Source: Thermoanaerobaculales bacterium (GTDB lineage: Bacteria > Acidobacteriota > Thermoanaerobaculia > Thermoanaerobaculales > Sulfomarinibacteraceae). Taken from it: a DNA stretch of 64,000 nucleotides. The translations under genes and the position numbers were made by a program. The stretch covers positions 8,059-72,058 of the forward strand of contig JAZBOQ010000126.1 in assembly GCA_036351195.1 (NCBI GenBank). The letters are read 5' to 3'. Within the stretch, counting starts at the first letter, position 1, and every line of letters starts with the position of its first letter. Shown piece after piece: positions 32,842 through 42,192 of the stretch. The notes beneath the pieces are model-generated. The model searched no databases and was not told the DNA's origin. It saw only the letters and a list, made by a program, of their open reading frames with translations.

Positions 32842-34490
32842 GCGTGGCGCCGGACTTCACGCCCGGGCAGGTGAGACCCGCCGACGTGATCGTCATCGGC
32901 AGCGGCGTCGCCGGTCTGATGGTGGCGCACTCCGCGGCCGGCCGACGGGTCGTTCTGCTGAGCAAGTCCGCCCACGCCGCGGGCGGGTCGAGCCCGCTGG
33001 CTCAGGGCGGGGTAGCGGCGTCGGTGGGCCCGGGGGACTCGCCGTTGGGACACGCCAGGGACACCATGGAGGCCGGGGGCGGCCTCTGCCGGGAGGAGGT
33101 GGCCAGGGCGGTCACCCGGGAGGGCCCGGACGTCATTCATCGGCTCGAAGCGCTCGGTGCGGTCTTCGACCGCAGCGCTTCCGGCGAGCTCGAGCTCGGG
33201 CGTGAGGGCGCCCACGACCTGGCCCGGGTGGTTCACGCCGAGGGCGACGCCACCGGCGCCGAGCTGGTTCGGGCGCTGGCGGCGGCAGTGGCGGAGATGG
33301 ATCGTGTCGAGGTTGTCGACAGGGTTCTCGCCACCGACCTGGTCTGCCGCAGGGGCCGCGTAGTCGGCGTGGTGTGTGTCGACGTCGACGGCCGTCCGAT
33401 GCTGATGGCCGCCAATGCGGTGGTGCTCGCCACCGGTGGGATCGGACACCTTTTCGCCGCGACCACCAATCCGCCGGAATCAACCGGCGACGGCCTGGCC
33501 ATGGCGGGGCGGGCCGGAGCCACCCTGGCGGGTCTCGAGTTCGTCCAGTTCCACCCCACCGCCCTCGATGTTCAGGCCGGCACCAAACCGCTGCTCACGG
33601 AAGCGCTCAGAGGTGAAGGCGCCGCCCTGGTGGACGACCGGGGCCGGCGCATCATGGAAGGGGTGCACGACGGACTCGAGCTGGCGCCCAGGGACATCGT
33701 GGCGCGGACCATCTGGAACGAACTCCAGGCCGGAGGCCGCGTCTACCTCGACGCCACCCACCTGTCGGATCGGTTCGGCGACCGCTTCCCGTCGGTGCTG
33801 AGGCTGTGCCTCGGCCACGGCCTCGACCCGCGAACCGACCCGATGCCGGTGGTCCCGGCGGCCCACTACCACATGGGCGGCGTCGTCGCCGGTCTCGATG
33901 GAAGCACCTCGCTGCCCCGGCTGTGGGCGGCCGGGGAGGTGAGCTGGACCGGGCTCCACGGAGCCAACCGTCTGGCCAGCAACTCGCTGCTGGAGGCCAT
34001 GGTCACCGGCCGCCGCATCGGTCGCTCGCTGGCGTCTGTACCGTGGGACGGCGAGCCCGCCGATCGGGTGGCCGAGGCGGCGAATCGACGGAATCTGGCA
34101 CCGGCGTCTCAGCCCTGGGCCGGAAAGCTGAATCCGGTTGCCGCCGAGCTCCGCAAGATCATGTGGCGGGATGTGGGTCTCGTGCGCTCGGCCACGGGGC
34201 TGCGGCGGGCTCAACTCGACCTCGACCGTTTGGCGTCGGCCCAGGGGCCCGGTTCCGGAGAGGTTGCCAACATGATCACCGTGGCCCGCCTCGTCGCCAC
34301 CGCCGCCGGGTTGCGCACCGAAAGCCGCGGCGCTCACTTCCGACGCGATTTCCCGCGACAATGCCGGCATTGGAAACAGGATCTCTTCTTCGAAGGGCTC
34401 CGGCCGCTTCGGCGGCGGACCAGTCTCGCAGACGACACAAACCGACACCAGAGCCCGCCGGAGGCGGAGTTCGACTCATGGGAGGAGTGA
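32838..34490 (+). CDS. nadB: L-aspartate oxidase
   Basis: The GTG overlaps the nadA stop (GTGA). Has FAD-binding DVIVIGSGVAGL, then LAQGGVAA and RSESRGAHFR-like TESRGAHFRRDFP. Confidence 0.9.
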   Translation: MSVAPDFTPGQVRPADVIVIGSGVAGLMVAHSAAGRRVVLLSKSAHAAGGSSPLAQGGVAASVGPGDSPLGHARDTMEAGGGLCREEVARAVTREGPDVIHRLEALGAVFDRSASGELELGREGAHDLARVVHAEGDATGAELVRALAAAVAEMDRVEVVDRVLATDLVCRRGRVVGVVCVDVDGRPMLMAANAVVLATGGIGHLFAATTNPPESTGDGLAMAGRAGATLAGLEFVQFHPTALDVQAGTKPLLTEALRGEGAALVDDRGRRIMEGVHDGLELAPRDIVARTIWNELQAGGRVYLDATHLSDRFGDRFPSVLRLCLGHGLDPRTDPMPVVPAAHYHMGGVVAGLDGSTSLPRLWAAGEVSWTGLHGANRLASNSLLEAMVTGRRIGRSLASVPWDGEPADRVAEAANRRNLAPASQPWAGKLNPVAAELRKIMWRDVGLVRSATGLRRAQLDLDRLASAQGPGSGEVANMITVARLVATAAGLRTESRGAHFRRDFPRQCRHWKQDLFFEGLRPLRRRTSLADDTNRHQSPPEAEFDSWEE

Positions 34491-34491
34491 G

Positions 34492-35352
34492 ATGTTCAGG
34501 AAGGTACTGCCCGAGCTGCACCAACTTCTTTTCGAGGATCTGCTGCGCCACGCCCTTCTCGAGGATCTCGGCCGCGCCGGCGACGTGACCTCGGATGCGG
34601 TCGTCGAGCACGACCGGCAGGCCCGCGCCAGGATCATCGCGCGGGAGGCGTGCCGGGTTTCCGGCGGGCCGGTGGCGGCCATGGCCTTTCATCTGCTCGA
34701 TCCCAACGCGGTGGTAATGCACCACACGGCGGACTGTGATGATGCTCAGGCGGGCGACGCGTTGATCGAGGTGCACGGCAGGGCGAGGTCGCTGCTCAGC
34801 GCCGAGAGAACCGCCATCAACCTGCTCGCCCGGATGAGCGGGATCGCCACCCTGACCCGGACCTTCGTCGAGGAGGTCGCCCAGTGGCCGGCGCGGGTCA
34901 TCTGCACCCGCAAGACGACGCCCGGCCTGCGGGCGTTGGAGAAGTACGCCGTCCGCTGCGGCGGCGGTTCCAACCACCGGTTCGGGCTCGACGACTCGGT
35001 GATCATCAAGGACAACCACATCGCCCTGGCCGGGGGTGTCCGCCCCGCGGTGGAGCGGGTGCGGCTCGCCATCGGACACACCGTCAAGGTGGAGCTCGAG
35101 GTGGACACCTTGGAGCAGCTCGAAGAAGGGCTCGAGGTCGGTGTCGACGTGGTGATGCTCGACAACATGTCGGTGGAGGAGCTGCGCCAGGCCATGGAGC
35201 TGGCCAACGGCAAGGCCGTGATCGAGGCTTCCGGCGGGATCACTTTGGAGAACGCGGCCGCCGTCGCCTCCACCGGGGTCGATCTCATGGCCGTCGGCGC
35301 CCTCACCCACAGCGCCAAGTCCGTTGACCTGTCCATGGAGGTGATGATCTAA
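34492..35352 (+). CDS. nadC: Nicotinate-nucleotide pyrophosphorylase (carboxylating)
   Basis: Has LEDLGRAGDVTSDAV, RKTTPGLRALEKYAVRCGGGSNHRFGL, and MLDNM..EEL. Confidence 0.9.
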   Translation: MFRKVLPELHQLLFEDLLRHALLEDLGRAGDVTSDAVVEHDRQARARIIAREACRVSGGPVAAMAFHLLDPNAVVMHHTADCDDAQAGDALIEVHGRARSLLSAERTAINLLARMSGIATLTRTFVEEVAQWPARVICTRKTTPGLRALEKYAVRCGGGSNHRFGLDDSVIIKDNHIALAGGVRPAVERVRLAIGHTVKVELEVDTLEQLEEGLEVGVDVVMLDNMSVEELRQAMELANGKAVIEASGGITLENAAAVASTGVDLMAVGALTHSAKSVDLSMEVMI

Positions 35353-35446
35353 CCCCGGGCACGGGCCCGGGGAGCCTCATGCCGTTCCGCGGCATGATTC
35401 TGGAACGTCGTTGTGGTACATACCCGGGCCGCAAGGAGGGCTCGAC

Positions 35447-37069
35447 ATGGAACGCCAACGCGCCGGACTCGACGACGAGACGCTCGGTTTCGTCCTGCAG
35501 ACTCTGAAGACGGTCAGCGAGCGCCGGCTCGACAAGGAGGCCCGCCTCCGCCTCGACGCAACCGACGAGTTTCCGGTGGACCTGGTCAATGAGATGCTCG
35601 GACCGGAGCTCGGCCTGCACCTGCTCTTCCTGCCCGAGGATGTGGGGGGCCTGGGCGGCGGCGGTCGCGACCTCTTCCGGGTCTCGGAAGAGATGGCCCG
35701 GACCGATCTCGGAGTCGCAACGGCTTTCCTCGCCATCGCCCTCGGCGTCGACCCCATCGTGGTCGGCGGGACGTCGGAGCAGAAGGAGCTCTGGCTCGGG
35801 CGCATCGCCGAGGAGGGGCTCATTGTCGCCTACGGCGTCACCGAGCCCGAGGCCGGCTCCAACGTGGCGAGCCTGAAAACGGAAGCCGTGCCGGTGGCCG
35901 ATGCCGATGGACGGGTCACGGCCTACCGCATCACGGGAGCCAAGCAGTTCATCACCAACGGCGGTGTGGCGCAGATCTACACCGTGTTGGCGCGGACGCC
36001 CAAGGGCCCGTCGTTCTTCGTGGTGGAGCGTGGGGCCGAAGGTTTTTCGGTGGGTGAGCCCGAGCACAAGCACGGCATCCGGGCCTCCAACACCACCAGC
36101 CTGACGCTGGAAGATGTCGAGGTCCCGGCCGAAAACCTCCTCGGGCTCGAGGAGGGCAAGGGGCTGGAGCAGGCCAACCAGGTCTTCGGCTTCACCCGTC
36201 TGATGGTGGCGGCCTTCGGGTTGGGCGCCGGCGAGGAGGCTCTGGAGCGGGCCGTGACCTACGCTCGGGAGCGCGTGCAGTTCGGCGAAACGCTGGCGGC
36301 GAAACAGGGCTTCAGCCACAAGCTCGTGGTGCCGCACGTGGTGCGCCTCGAGGCTGCCAGGGCCTACTGCGAGTGGGTGGCGGGGCGGCTCGACGATGGC
36401 GAACAGGGTCTCCAGGTGGAGGGGGCGGTGGCCAAGCTCTTCGCCTCGGAGGCGGGAAACGCCGCCGCAGATGCGGCGATGCAGGCGCACGGCGGCTACG
36501 GCTACACCCACGAGTACGAGGTGGAGAAGATCCGCCGCGACGTCCGCATCACCACCATCTACGAAGGAACCTCGGAAATACTCCAGAGCATCATCGGCAC
36601 CCACCGTTGGCGGACGACGGTCAAGACCAAGGGTGGTTTCTACCATGAGATGGCCTCCTCGCTGCGCGAGCTCGGTACCGGTGAAGCCGCCGCGGCGGCC
36701 GCCGACGCCATGGCGGAGACCATGCTCGCCGCCCACCGGAAACGGCTGCTGCGAGAGCAATGGTGTCTCTTCGAGTTGGCCAGAATGTCGGCCGAGGTGG
36801 AAACCGCGGTGGCATTGGCGCACAAGGCGGCGACCGAAATCGACGACCGCCATGGTTTCCTGATGGCCTGCGCCCGGCTCCACGGTGCTGCGGCGGCGCG
36901 TGAGGTGGCTGCCGGCGGTCTGAGGCTGCTCCGCGCCAGCGGCAGGTACGAAGAGTCGGAGATCGAGGCGTGGGCAACCGCGGTCTGCTTCGACGATCTT
37001 CTCAGGACTTCCGACGGCGAGTTGGAGCTGATGAACCAGGTTGCCGCCGCTGTCGCGTCCGCAACCTGA
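35447..37069 (+). CDS. Acyl-CoA dehydrogenase with a C-terminal extension
   Basis: Has YGVTEPEAGSNVASLKT, QFITNGGVA and YEGTSEI motifs. ATG 35447 lies after AAGGAGGG. Confidence 0.85.
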   Translation: MERQRAGLDDETLGFVLQTLKTVSERRLDKEARLRLDATDEFPVDLVNEMLGPELGLHLLFLPEDVGGLGGGGRDLFRVSEEMARTDLGVATAFLAIALGVDPIVVGGTSEQKELWLGRIAEEGLIVAYGVTEPEAGSNVASLKTEAVPVADADGRVTAYRITGAKQFITNGGVAQIYTVLARTPKGPSFFVVERGAEGFSVGEPEHKHGIRASNTTSLTLEDVEVPAENLLGLEEGKGLEQANQVFGFTRLMVAAFGLGAGEEALERAVTYARERVQFGETLAAKQGFSHKLVVPHVVRLEAARAYCEWVAGRLDDGEQGLQVEGAVAKLFASEAGNAAADAAMQAHGGYGYTHEYEVEKIRRDVRITTIYEGTSEILQSIIGTHRWRTTVKTKGGFYHEMASSLRELGTGEAAAAAADAMAETMLAAHRKRLLREQWCLFELARMSAEVETAVALAHKAATEIDDRHGFLMACARLHGAAAAREVAAGGLRLLRASGRYEESEIEAWATAVCFDDLLRTSDGELELMNQVAAAVASAT

Positions 37070-37070
37070 T

Positions 37071-37281
37071 TCAACTCTCAGTTCTTAGTTCTCAGTTTTC
37101 AGTTACATCGCAGGTGGTGGAGGATTCGAGGCTCTTGAGGGATTGAGGACCTCATCTCGGCCATGAGTCATGAGTTCCATCGCATGGAATCCTGAACGCT
37201 TGCGATTGAACTCAAAACTCAGAACTACCGCAATCGCCTCAACACCTGCGATGGAACTCAAAACTCAAAACTCATAACTCC
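37071..37281. repeat. Nested AT-rich periodic-arm hairpin element (best example of the family)
   Basis: The outer left arm, 37071-37112, is (..CTCAGTT/CTTAGTT/CTCAGTT/TTCAGTT)ACATCGCA. It pairs with the outer right arm, 37247-37281, TGCGATGGAACTCAAAACTCAAAACTCATAACTCC. The inner hairpin is 37162-37184 (CATGAGTCATGAGTTCCATCGCA) / 37201-37228 (TGCGATTGAACTCAAAACTCAGAACTAC). The element starts 2 nt after the dehydrogenase stop. Confidence 0.75.
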
Positions 37282-37330
37282 GACCACGGGATCGGCGTCA
37301 ACCCGCCAGGTTGACGCCGATCCCGTGGTC
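37282..37330. terminator. Perfect 20-bp inverted repeat overlapping the 3' end of the DUF2231 gene
   Basis: GACCACGGGATCGGCGTCAA (37282-37301) / TTGACGCCGATCCCGTGGTC (37311-37330) with a 9-nt loop. There is no T-tract, so the terminator role is uncertain. Confidence 0.4.
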
Positions 37331-37780
37331 GTAGACGAGCTGCCCGCCGTGATAGGCGGTGAGCACGAGCAGGAAGGCGGCTCCGAACGACAGGATCAGG
37401 GCCAAGAGTCGGAAGATCCCGATGTTGACCTCCAGGTCATGCCGGCCGAGCCAGGTCACGAAGAGCTTGAGGAGCAACGCGCCGCCCGCGACGCCGAGGG
37501 TGATCAGGGCGAGGTCTTCGTGCTCGGCGAGAATGCCCTGGGCGGCGCCGGTGACGGGGGCCGCCTTCTCGGCGGCGCGGTTGCCGGTGAGGAAGGCGGC
37601 GCCGAGTCCGGCGCTCCCGAGGATCAGCAGGGCCGATCCGGCGCGGTCGATCCAGACGAATCGGCGAAAGATCAGACAGGCGGCATCGAAGAGCGTCGAC
37701 ACCAGTAACAGAGCGATGGGGAAGTGGACCACCGCGGGGTGCAGGGCGATCGGCGTCATGGTGTCGAAAGTGATGGTCAT
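37298..37780 (-). CDS. DUF2231-like integral membrane protein
   Basis: 160 aa with 4 TM helices. The N-terminal LHPAVVHFPIALLLVSTLFD is typical of DUF2231. Confidence 0.7.
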   Translation of the reverse strand: MTITFDTMTPIALHPAVVHFPIALLLVSTLFDAACLIFRRFVWIDRAGSALLILGSAGLGAAFLTGNRAAEKAAPVTGAAQGILAEHEDLALITLGVAGGALLLKLFVTWLGRHDLEVNIGIFRLLALILSFGAAFLLVLTAYHGGQLVYDHGIGVNLAG

Positions 37781-37896
37781 GTGGCTCTCTCGTCCGGGGT
37801 CGCCGGGCGCCCGCGGGATCGACAGTGTACCTCACGACGACGGCGGCCCGGTGGGGCCGCCGTCACACGTCCAAGGTTGGCCGCAGCCGCGGTTGC

Positions 37897-39609
37897 TCAG
37901 CGGTCGCTGTTGACCACCGGCTCCGCGGGGCTGGTCACCACGTCTCTCGAGGCCGAGAAGCTCTCGAACTGAAGCCACTCGATGTCCTCCCAGAAGTCGT
38001 GGGGAGTCTTCTCGGGTGCGCCGGGATCGACGATCTTGACGTCGTGCCGGTCGAGCAGGGTCCCGGTGGCGACGTGGTACCCGACCATGGCCTTGCGATA
38101 CGCGAGGTGGGCCTGGATCAGGGTGAGCTGGGCGTTGGCCAGGTCCTCTTGGATCTGGGACAGCTGGTAGTTGGTGGACAGCCCGTTGTCGAACTTGGTC
38201 TGTTCGGCCTCGACGTTGCGCTCGGCGAGAACCACCGAAGCTTCGGCGGCGTCCACGTTGGCGGCGCCGTCGTAAAGTGCGCGCACGGCGAAGCGGACCT
38301 GGCGGGTGATCTCCTGCTTCAAAGCGGCAAGCTCGACGGCACCGCGGCGAGCCTCGTACCGCCGTTGGGCAAGCGTGGCCTTGGCGTCGTTGTTGCCGAT
38401 GGGCACCGAAAGGTTGAGTCCGACCGTCCAGTGCGGGAAGTCCCAGTCGCCCAGCTGGTCGTAGGCACCCCTGAAGCCGTCGCCGTCGATTTTCGTCTCC
38501 TCGCCGGTGTCGGGGTCCTCGATGATGGCGTCGCCGTCGACGCCGCCCCAGCCGTAGCTCGCTTCGAGGTCGAGGCTGGGAAGGGTCCGGTGGTGGGCCA
38601 TCTTTTCGTTGACGTCGAGCTGCTCGAGCTCGAGCAGCTTCTCGCGGATCTCGGGTCGCATCCGGTGGGCGGTCTCGATGGCCTCTCTCAGGTCGGGGGT
38701 GATCGGCTCGTAATCGTAGTTCTCGGTGGTGGTGATGGTCGTCATCCACTCCCTGGGATCGTCGAAGCCGAGCACGGCCTTGAGGGTGTCCTCGGCGTTG
38801 GACGCGGCGTTGCGTCGGGTGATCTGGTCCTGACGCCGGGTGGCGACAGTGGCCTCGGACTGGACGGTGTCGATGGGCGCCGAGGTGCCGACCTTGACCC
38901 GCTCTTCGGTTTCGGAGAGCAACTGCTCCGCCAGAGTGAGGCTCTGGTTGGCGACATCGATGGCGCGGCGAGCGGCCACCAGGTCCCAGTAGGCGTTTTC
39001 CACGTCACTGAGCGTGCTCACCACGGTCGCCTCGAAACCGGTTGCGGTGCGGTCGCGGCTGATCTCGGCGATGACGATTCCGGCTCTGTTGATGAGGGTG
39101 CCGAAACCGTCCAGAAGGGGTTGGCGCAGGCTCAGCGAGAGGTCGGCGTTGTAGTTCGGGTTGAGGAAGTAGAAGGTGGAGTTGGAGGCGTTGCGCAGCC
39201 CGCCGGTGGTCAGCTCGAGGTAGGTCCCGGTGGGAAGCAGCTGGTTGATACCGATGCCCATCTGGGTGCGTCGGCTCTCGGTGACCTCAGCGCCGTCGAG
39301 AAGTGTGGAGGACGGGCTGCGGGTGAAGCTGCCGTTGACCGAGGCGATGAAGTTGGGATCGAAGATCCCGGTGTTGGCGAAGATGTTCTCGTCGGCGGCG
39401 GCGATGGAGAAACGCCCCACCTGAAGGTTGAGATTGCGGTGCAGCGCGAGCTGGTAGGCTGCCTCGAGGTTGAGGTTCATTTCTTGCCCCGTGCTCGGCA
39501 GCCCGGGAATGTTCACCGGAAGGGCGGGCACCTCGAACTCGGCGGCATGGGCCGCGACGGTCAAGAGGCTCACTGCGGTGATGGTGAGAATCATCGCTCG
39601 GGTCTTCAT
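37897..39609 (-). CDS. TolC-family outer-membrane efflux protein
   Basis: Has a signal peptide (MKTRAMILTITAVSLLTVAAHA) and two tandem OEP repeats with the typical A..NL.LQ and ..A....L..A pattern. Confidence 0.85.
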   Translation of the reverse strand: MKTRAMILTITAVSLLTVAAHAAEFEVPALPVNIPGLPSTGQEMNLNLEAAYQLALHRNLNLQVGRFSIAAADENIFANTGIFDPNFIASVNGSFTRSPSSTLLDGAEVTESRRTQMGIGINQLLPTGTYLELTTGGLRNASNSTFYFLNPNYNADLSLSLRQPLLDGFGTLINRAGIVIAEISRDRTATGFEATVVSTLSDVENAYWDLVAARRAIDVANQSLTLAEQLLSETEERVKVGTSAPIDTVQSEATVATRRQDQITRRNAASNAEDTLKAVLGFDDPREWMTTITTTENYDYEPITPDLREAIETAHRMRPEIREKLLELEQLDVNEKMAHHRTLPSLDLEASYGWGGVDGDAIIEDPDTGEETKIDGDGFRGAYDQLGDWDFPHWTVGLNLSVPIGNNDAKATLAQRRYEARRGAVELAALKQEITRQVRFAVRALYDGAANVDAAEASVVLAERNVEAEQTKFDNGLSTNYQLSQIQEDLANAQLTLIQAHLAYRKAMVGYHVATGTLLDRHDVKIVDPGAPEKTPHDFWEDIEWLQFESFSASRDVVTSPAEPVVNSDR

Positions 39610-39774
39610 CGGCTGGCTCCTTTTCGGGTTTTCCCCGTTCGCCCTACTTTACGATGCCCCTCGAGAAAAGTTCGTTGAACTCGCAAAGGCGGCATCGGCG
39701 TCGGACGCTGATCATTATCCAATCAACGGAGGTCGTGCGAAAGAGTTACTCCCTCAAGAATTGCAAAGGAGCAC

Positions 39775-42192
39775 TCACAGCGTGCTCAGAGGATCGACGT
39801 CGATGGTGCGGCGGACGTTCTTTCCGACGCCGGGAGTTTCGGCGAGTTCGAGCATCGCACGCAGGGTCTCGCGGTTGCGGGCGCTGATGAGAACTTGCCA
39901 GCGCCATCGTTCGCGGATGCGTTCGATGGGTGATGGCGCCGGCCCGCGAATCCGCACCGAATCCGGAGGGTGGCCGATGGCGTTGACCGCAGCATCGGCC
40001 GCCCGCCGTGCTGCCGTCGCGCTTTTTGATTCGAAGCGGATCAGGGCGAGTCGGGCTGCCGGAGGATAGGCGAAGGCCTGCCGGAAGACGAGCTCTTCGT
40101 CGAGAAAGCTCGACACGTCGTGGCGGCACGCAAAGAGGACCGCGGGGTGGTCGGGGTAGTAGGTCTGAATGATGACGCGGCCCGGTAGGTCGCCTCTGCC
40201 GGCCCGGCCCGCCACCTGGGTGAGAAGTTGGAAGGTGCGCTCGCCGGAGCGGAAGTCCGGTAGATTGAGGAGAGCATCCGCCGAGATGACTCCGGTCAGG
40301 GTGACGCCGGGGAAGTGGTGGCCCTTGGCCACCATCTGGGTGCCCACCAGGACCTGCGCGCGGCCGGAGGCGAATCGGCCGAGGGCGGTTTCCAGGCCGT
40401 CGCGGCGGCGGACCGTGTCGCGGTCGAGAATCACCGAGTCGATGCCGGGGTGGAGTTGCCGGAGGTGGTGGGCCACCTTCTCGGTCCCGGCCCCGACCGG
40501 ATCCAGCAGTTCGCCGCCACAGGACGGACAGGTGGCGGGGATGGCCCGATGGTGGCCGCAGTAGTGGCACCTCAAATCGCCGCTGCGGCGGTGGACGACC
40601 ATGGCCACCGAACACGACGGGCAGTCAATGCGGTGGCCGCAGTCCCGGCACATGAGCACCGGGGCCCAACCTCGCCGCTGCATGAGCAGGATCGCCTGCT
40701 CGCCGCGCTCGATGGTTTCGGCCAGAGCGGTCTTGAGAGGCTGCGAGAAGAGGGTGCGGCCCTGCTCGCCCGCCTCGGGCGGTTCCTGCCGCAAATCGAC
40801 GAGCTCCACCTCGGGCAGCCGGTTCCCAGCAACCCGATGACGGAGCTCGAGCTTGGCGGCGAGCTTCCTCCGCACGAGGGCCTCGGCTTCGGCGGACGGG
40901 GTTGCCGAGCACAGGAGGACGGGCACTCCGGTGTCCCGGCCGAGGACCAGAGCCAGGTCGCGGGCGTGGTAGCGCGGCGCCTCCTGCTGCTTGTAGGCGC
41001 TGTCGTGCTCCTCGTCGACGACGATGAGACCGAGTTCGTCCAGGGGCGCGAAGAGTGCCGACCGCGGTCCGACCACGATGCGGGCCTCGCCGGCTCGAAG
41101 CCGCCGCCACTCCCGCCACCGGTCGCCGTCGGACTGGGCCGAGTGGAGCACCGCCGTCAGGCGGCCGAACCGCTGCGTCACCGCCCCCGCCGCGGCCGGC
41201 GTGAGACCGATTTCCGGGACCAGGACGATGCCGCCCTTGCCGGCGGCGAGCACCGTTTCGAGGCACCGCAGGTAGACCTCGGTCTTGCCCGACCCCGTGA
41301 CGCCGTGCAGCAGGAAGGGCGCGTACCCCCCCGCGTTGACCGCAGCGTCGACGGCCTTCACCGCCGTCCGCTGCTCGTCGGTCAGGCGGTGGCGCTCCGG
41401 GGAGGCGGAGAGCGTCCACAGCGCCCGGCCGGATTTGCGTTGGGTGAACTTCAGGATCACGCCCTTGGAGCTCATGGCGCGCAGGGTGGAGGGGGAGCAC
41501 CCGGTGGCGGTGGTGATGTCGCTGGCAAGAGCCGGGCGCGCTTCGGCGTTCAACCACTGGACGACCTGGCGCTGGCGAGGCGCCCGGCGGCACGCCTCGA
41601 GGAGCTCGTCAATTGGAAGGTCGGCGAGACGGTAGGCGGTGACGTCGACGTGGGGAGCGCGGTCGCGGCGCCGTCGTCGGATCCGGAGCCAACCCCTGTC
41701 CGCCGCCCCTTCCAACGCCGAGCGGCCGGAGACTCCCGCGCGGGAGAGCAGGGTCGGCACCTTGAGCTTTCGGCTCTCGCGGAGGACGTTGAGGAGGGCG
41801 GACACATCGGCATCGGCTGCGTCGAGGTCGAGTCCCGCGCCCGCGGGCGTCAGCTCGGCCTCCTCGGCGTCGGCGCGGAAGAGGCGGGCCGGGATCATGG
41901 CGGCGAGGGTGGTCCCCAGCGGGCAACGGTAATGGGTGGCGACGAACGCCGCGGTTTCCATCAATCGCTGGGGGAGGAGGGGCGCGTCGTCCAGCACCTC
42001 CTCGATCGGCCGCAGCGAATCCGTGTCCAGATCCGTCGTATTCGTGATCCCGACGACGACACCGGTGGCGAAACGATTCCGCAGAGGCACCCGAACCCGG
42101 ACCCCGGGGACGGTGAAGGGCATCAGCTCTTCCGGGACCTGATAGGTCAGAGGCTCGGGAGCGCTTTTCGGCACGGCGACATCGGCGAACAC
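39775..42192 (-). CDS. priA: Primosomal protein N' (replication restart helicase PriA)
   Basis: Has Walker A LLHGVTGSGKTEVY, DEEHD, and the Cys-rich zinc region CRDCGHRIDCPSCSVAMVVHRRSGDLRCHYCGH...CPSCGG. GTG start. Confidence 0.9.
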   Translation of the reverse strand: MFADVAVPKSAPEPLTYQVPEELMPFTVPGVRVRVPLRNRFATGVVVGITNTTDLDTDSLRPIEEVLDDAPLLPQRLMETAAFVATHYRCPLGTTLAAMIPARLFRADAEEAELTPAGAGLDLDAADADVSALLNVLRESRKLKVPTLLSRAGVSGRSALEGAADRGWLRIRRRRRDRAPHVDVTAYRLADLPIDELLEACRRAPRQRQVVQWLNAEARPALASDITTATGCSPSTLRAMSSKGVILKFTQRKSGRALWTLSASPERHRLTDEQRTAVKAVDAAVNAGGYAPFLLHGVTGSGKTEVYLRCLETVLAAGKGGIVLVPEIGLTPAAAGAVTQRFGRLTAVLHSAQSDGDRWREWRRLRAGEARIVVGPRSALFAPLDELGLIVVDEEHDSAYKQQEAPRYHARDLALVLGRDTGVPVLLCSATPSAEAEALVRRKLAAKLELRHRVAGNRLPEVELVDLRQEPPEAGEQGRTLFSQPLKTALAETIERGEQAILLMQRRGWAPVLMCRDCGHRIDCPSCSVAMVVHRRSGDLRCHYCGHHRAIPATCPSCGGELLDPVGAGTEKVAHHLRQLHPGIDSVILDRDTVRRRDGLETALGRFASGRAQVLVGTQMVAKGHHFPGVTLTGVISADALLNLPDFRSGERTFQLLTQVAGRAGRGDLPGRVIIQTYYPDHPAVLFACRHDVSSFLDEELVFRQAFAYPPAARLALIRFESKSATAARRAADAAVNAIGHPPDSVRIRGPAPSPIERIRERWRWQVLISARNRETLRAMLELAETPGVGKNVRRTIDVDPLSTL

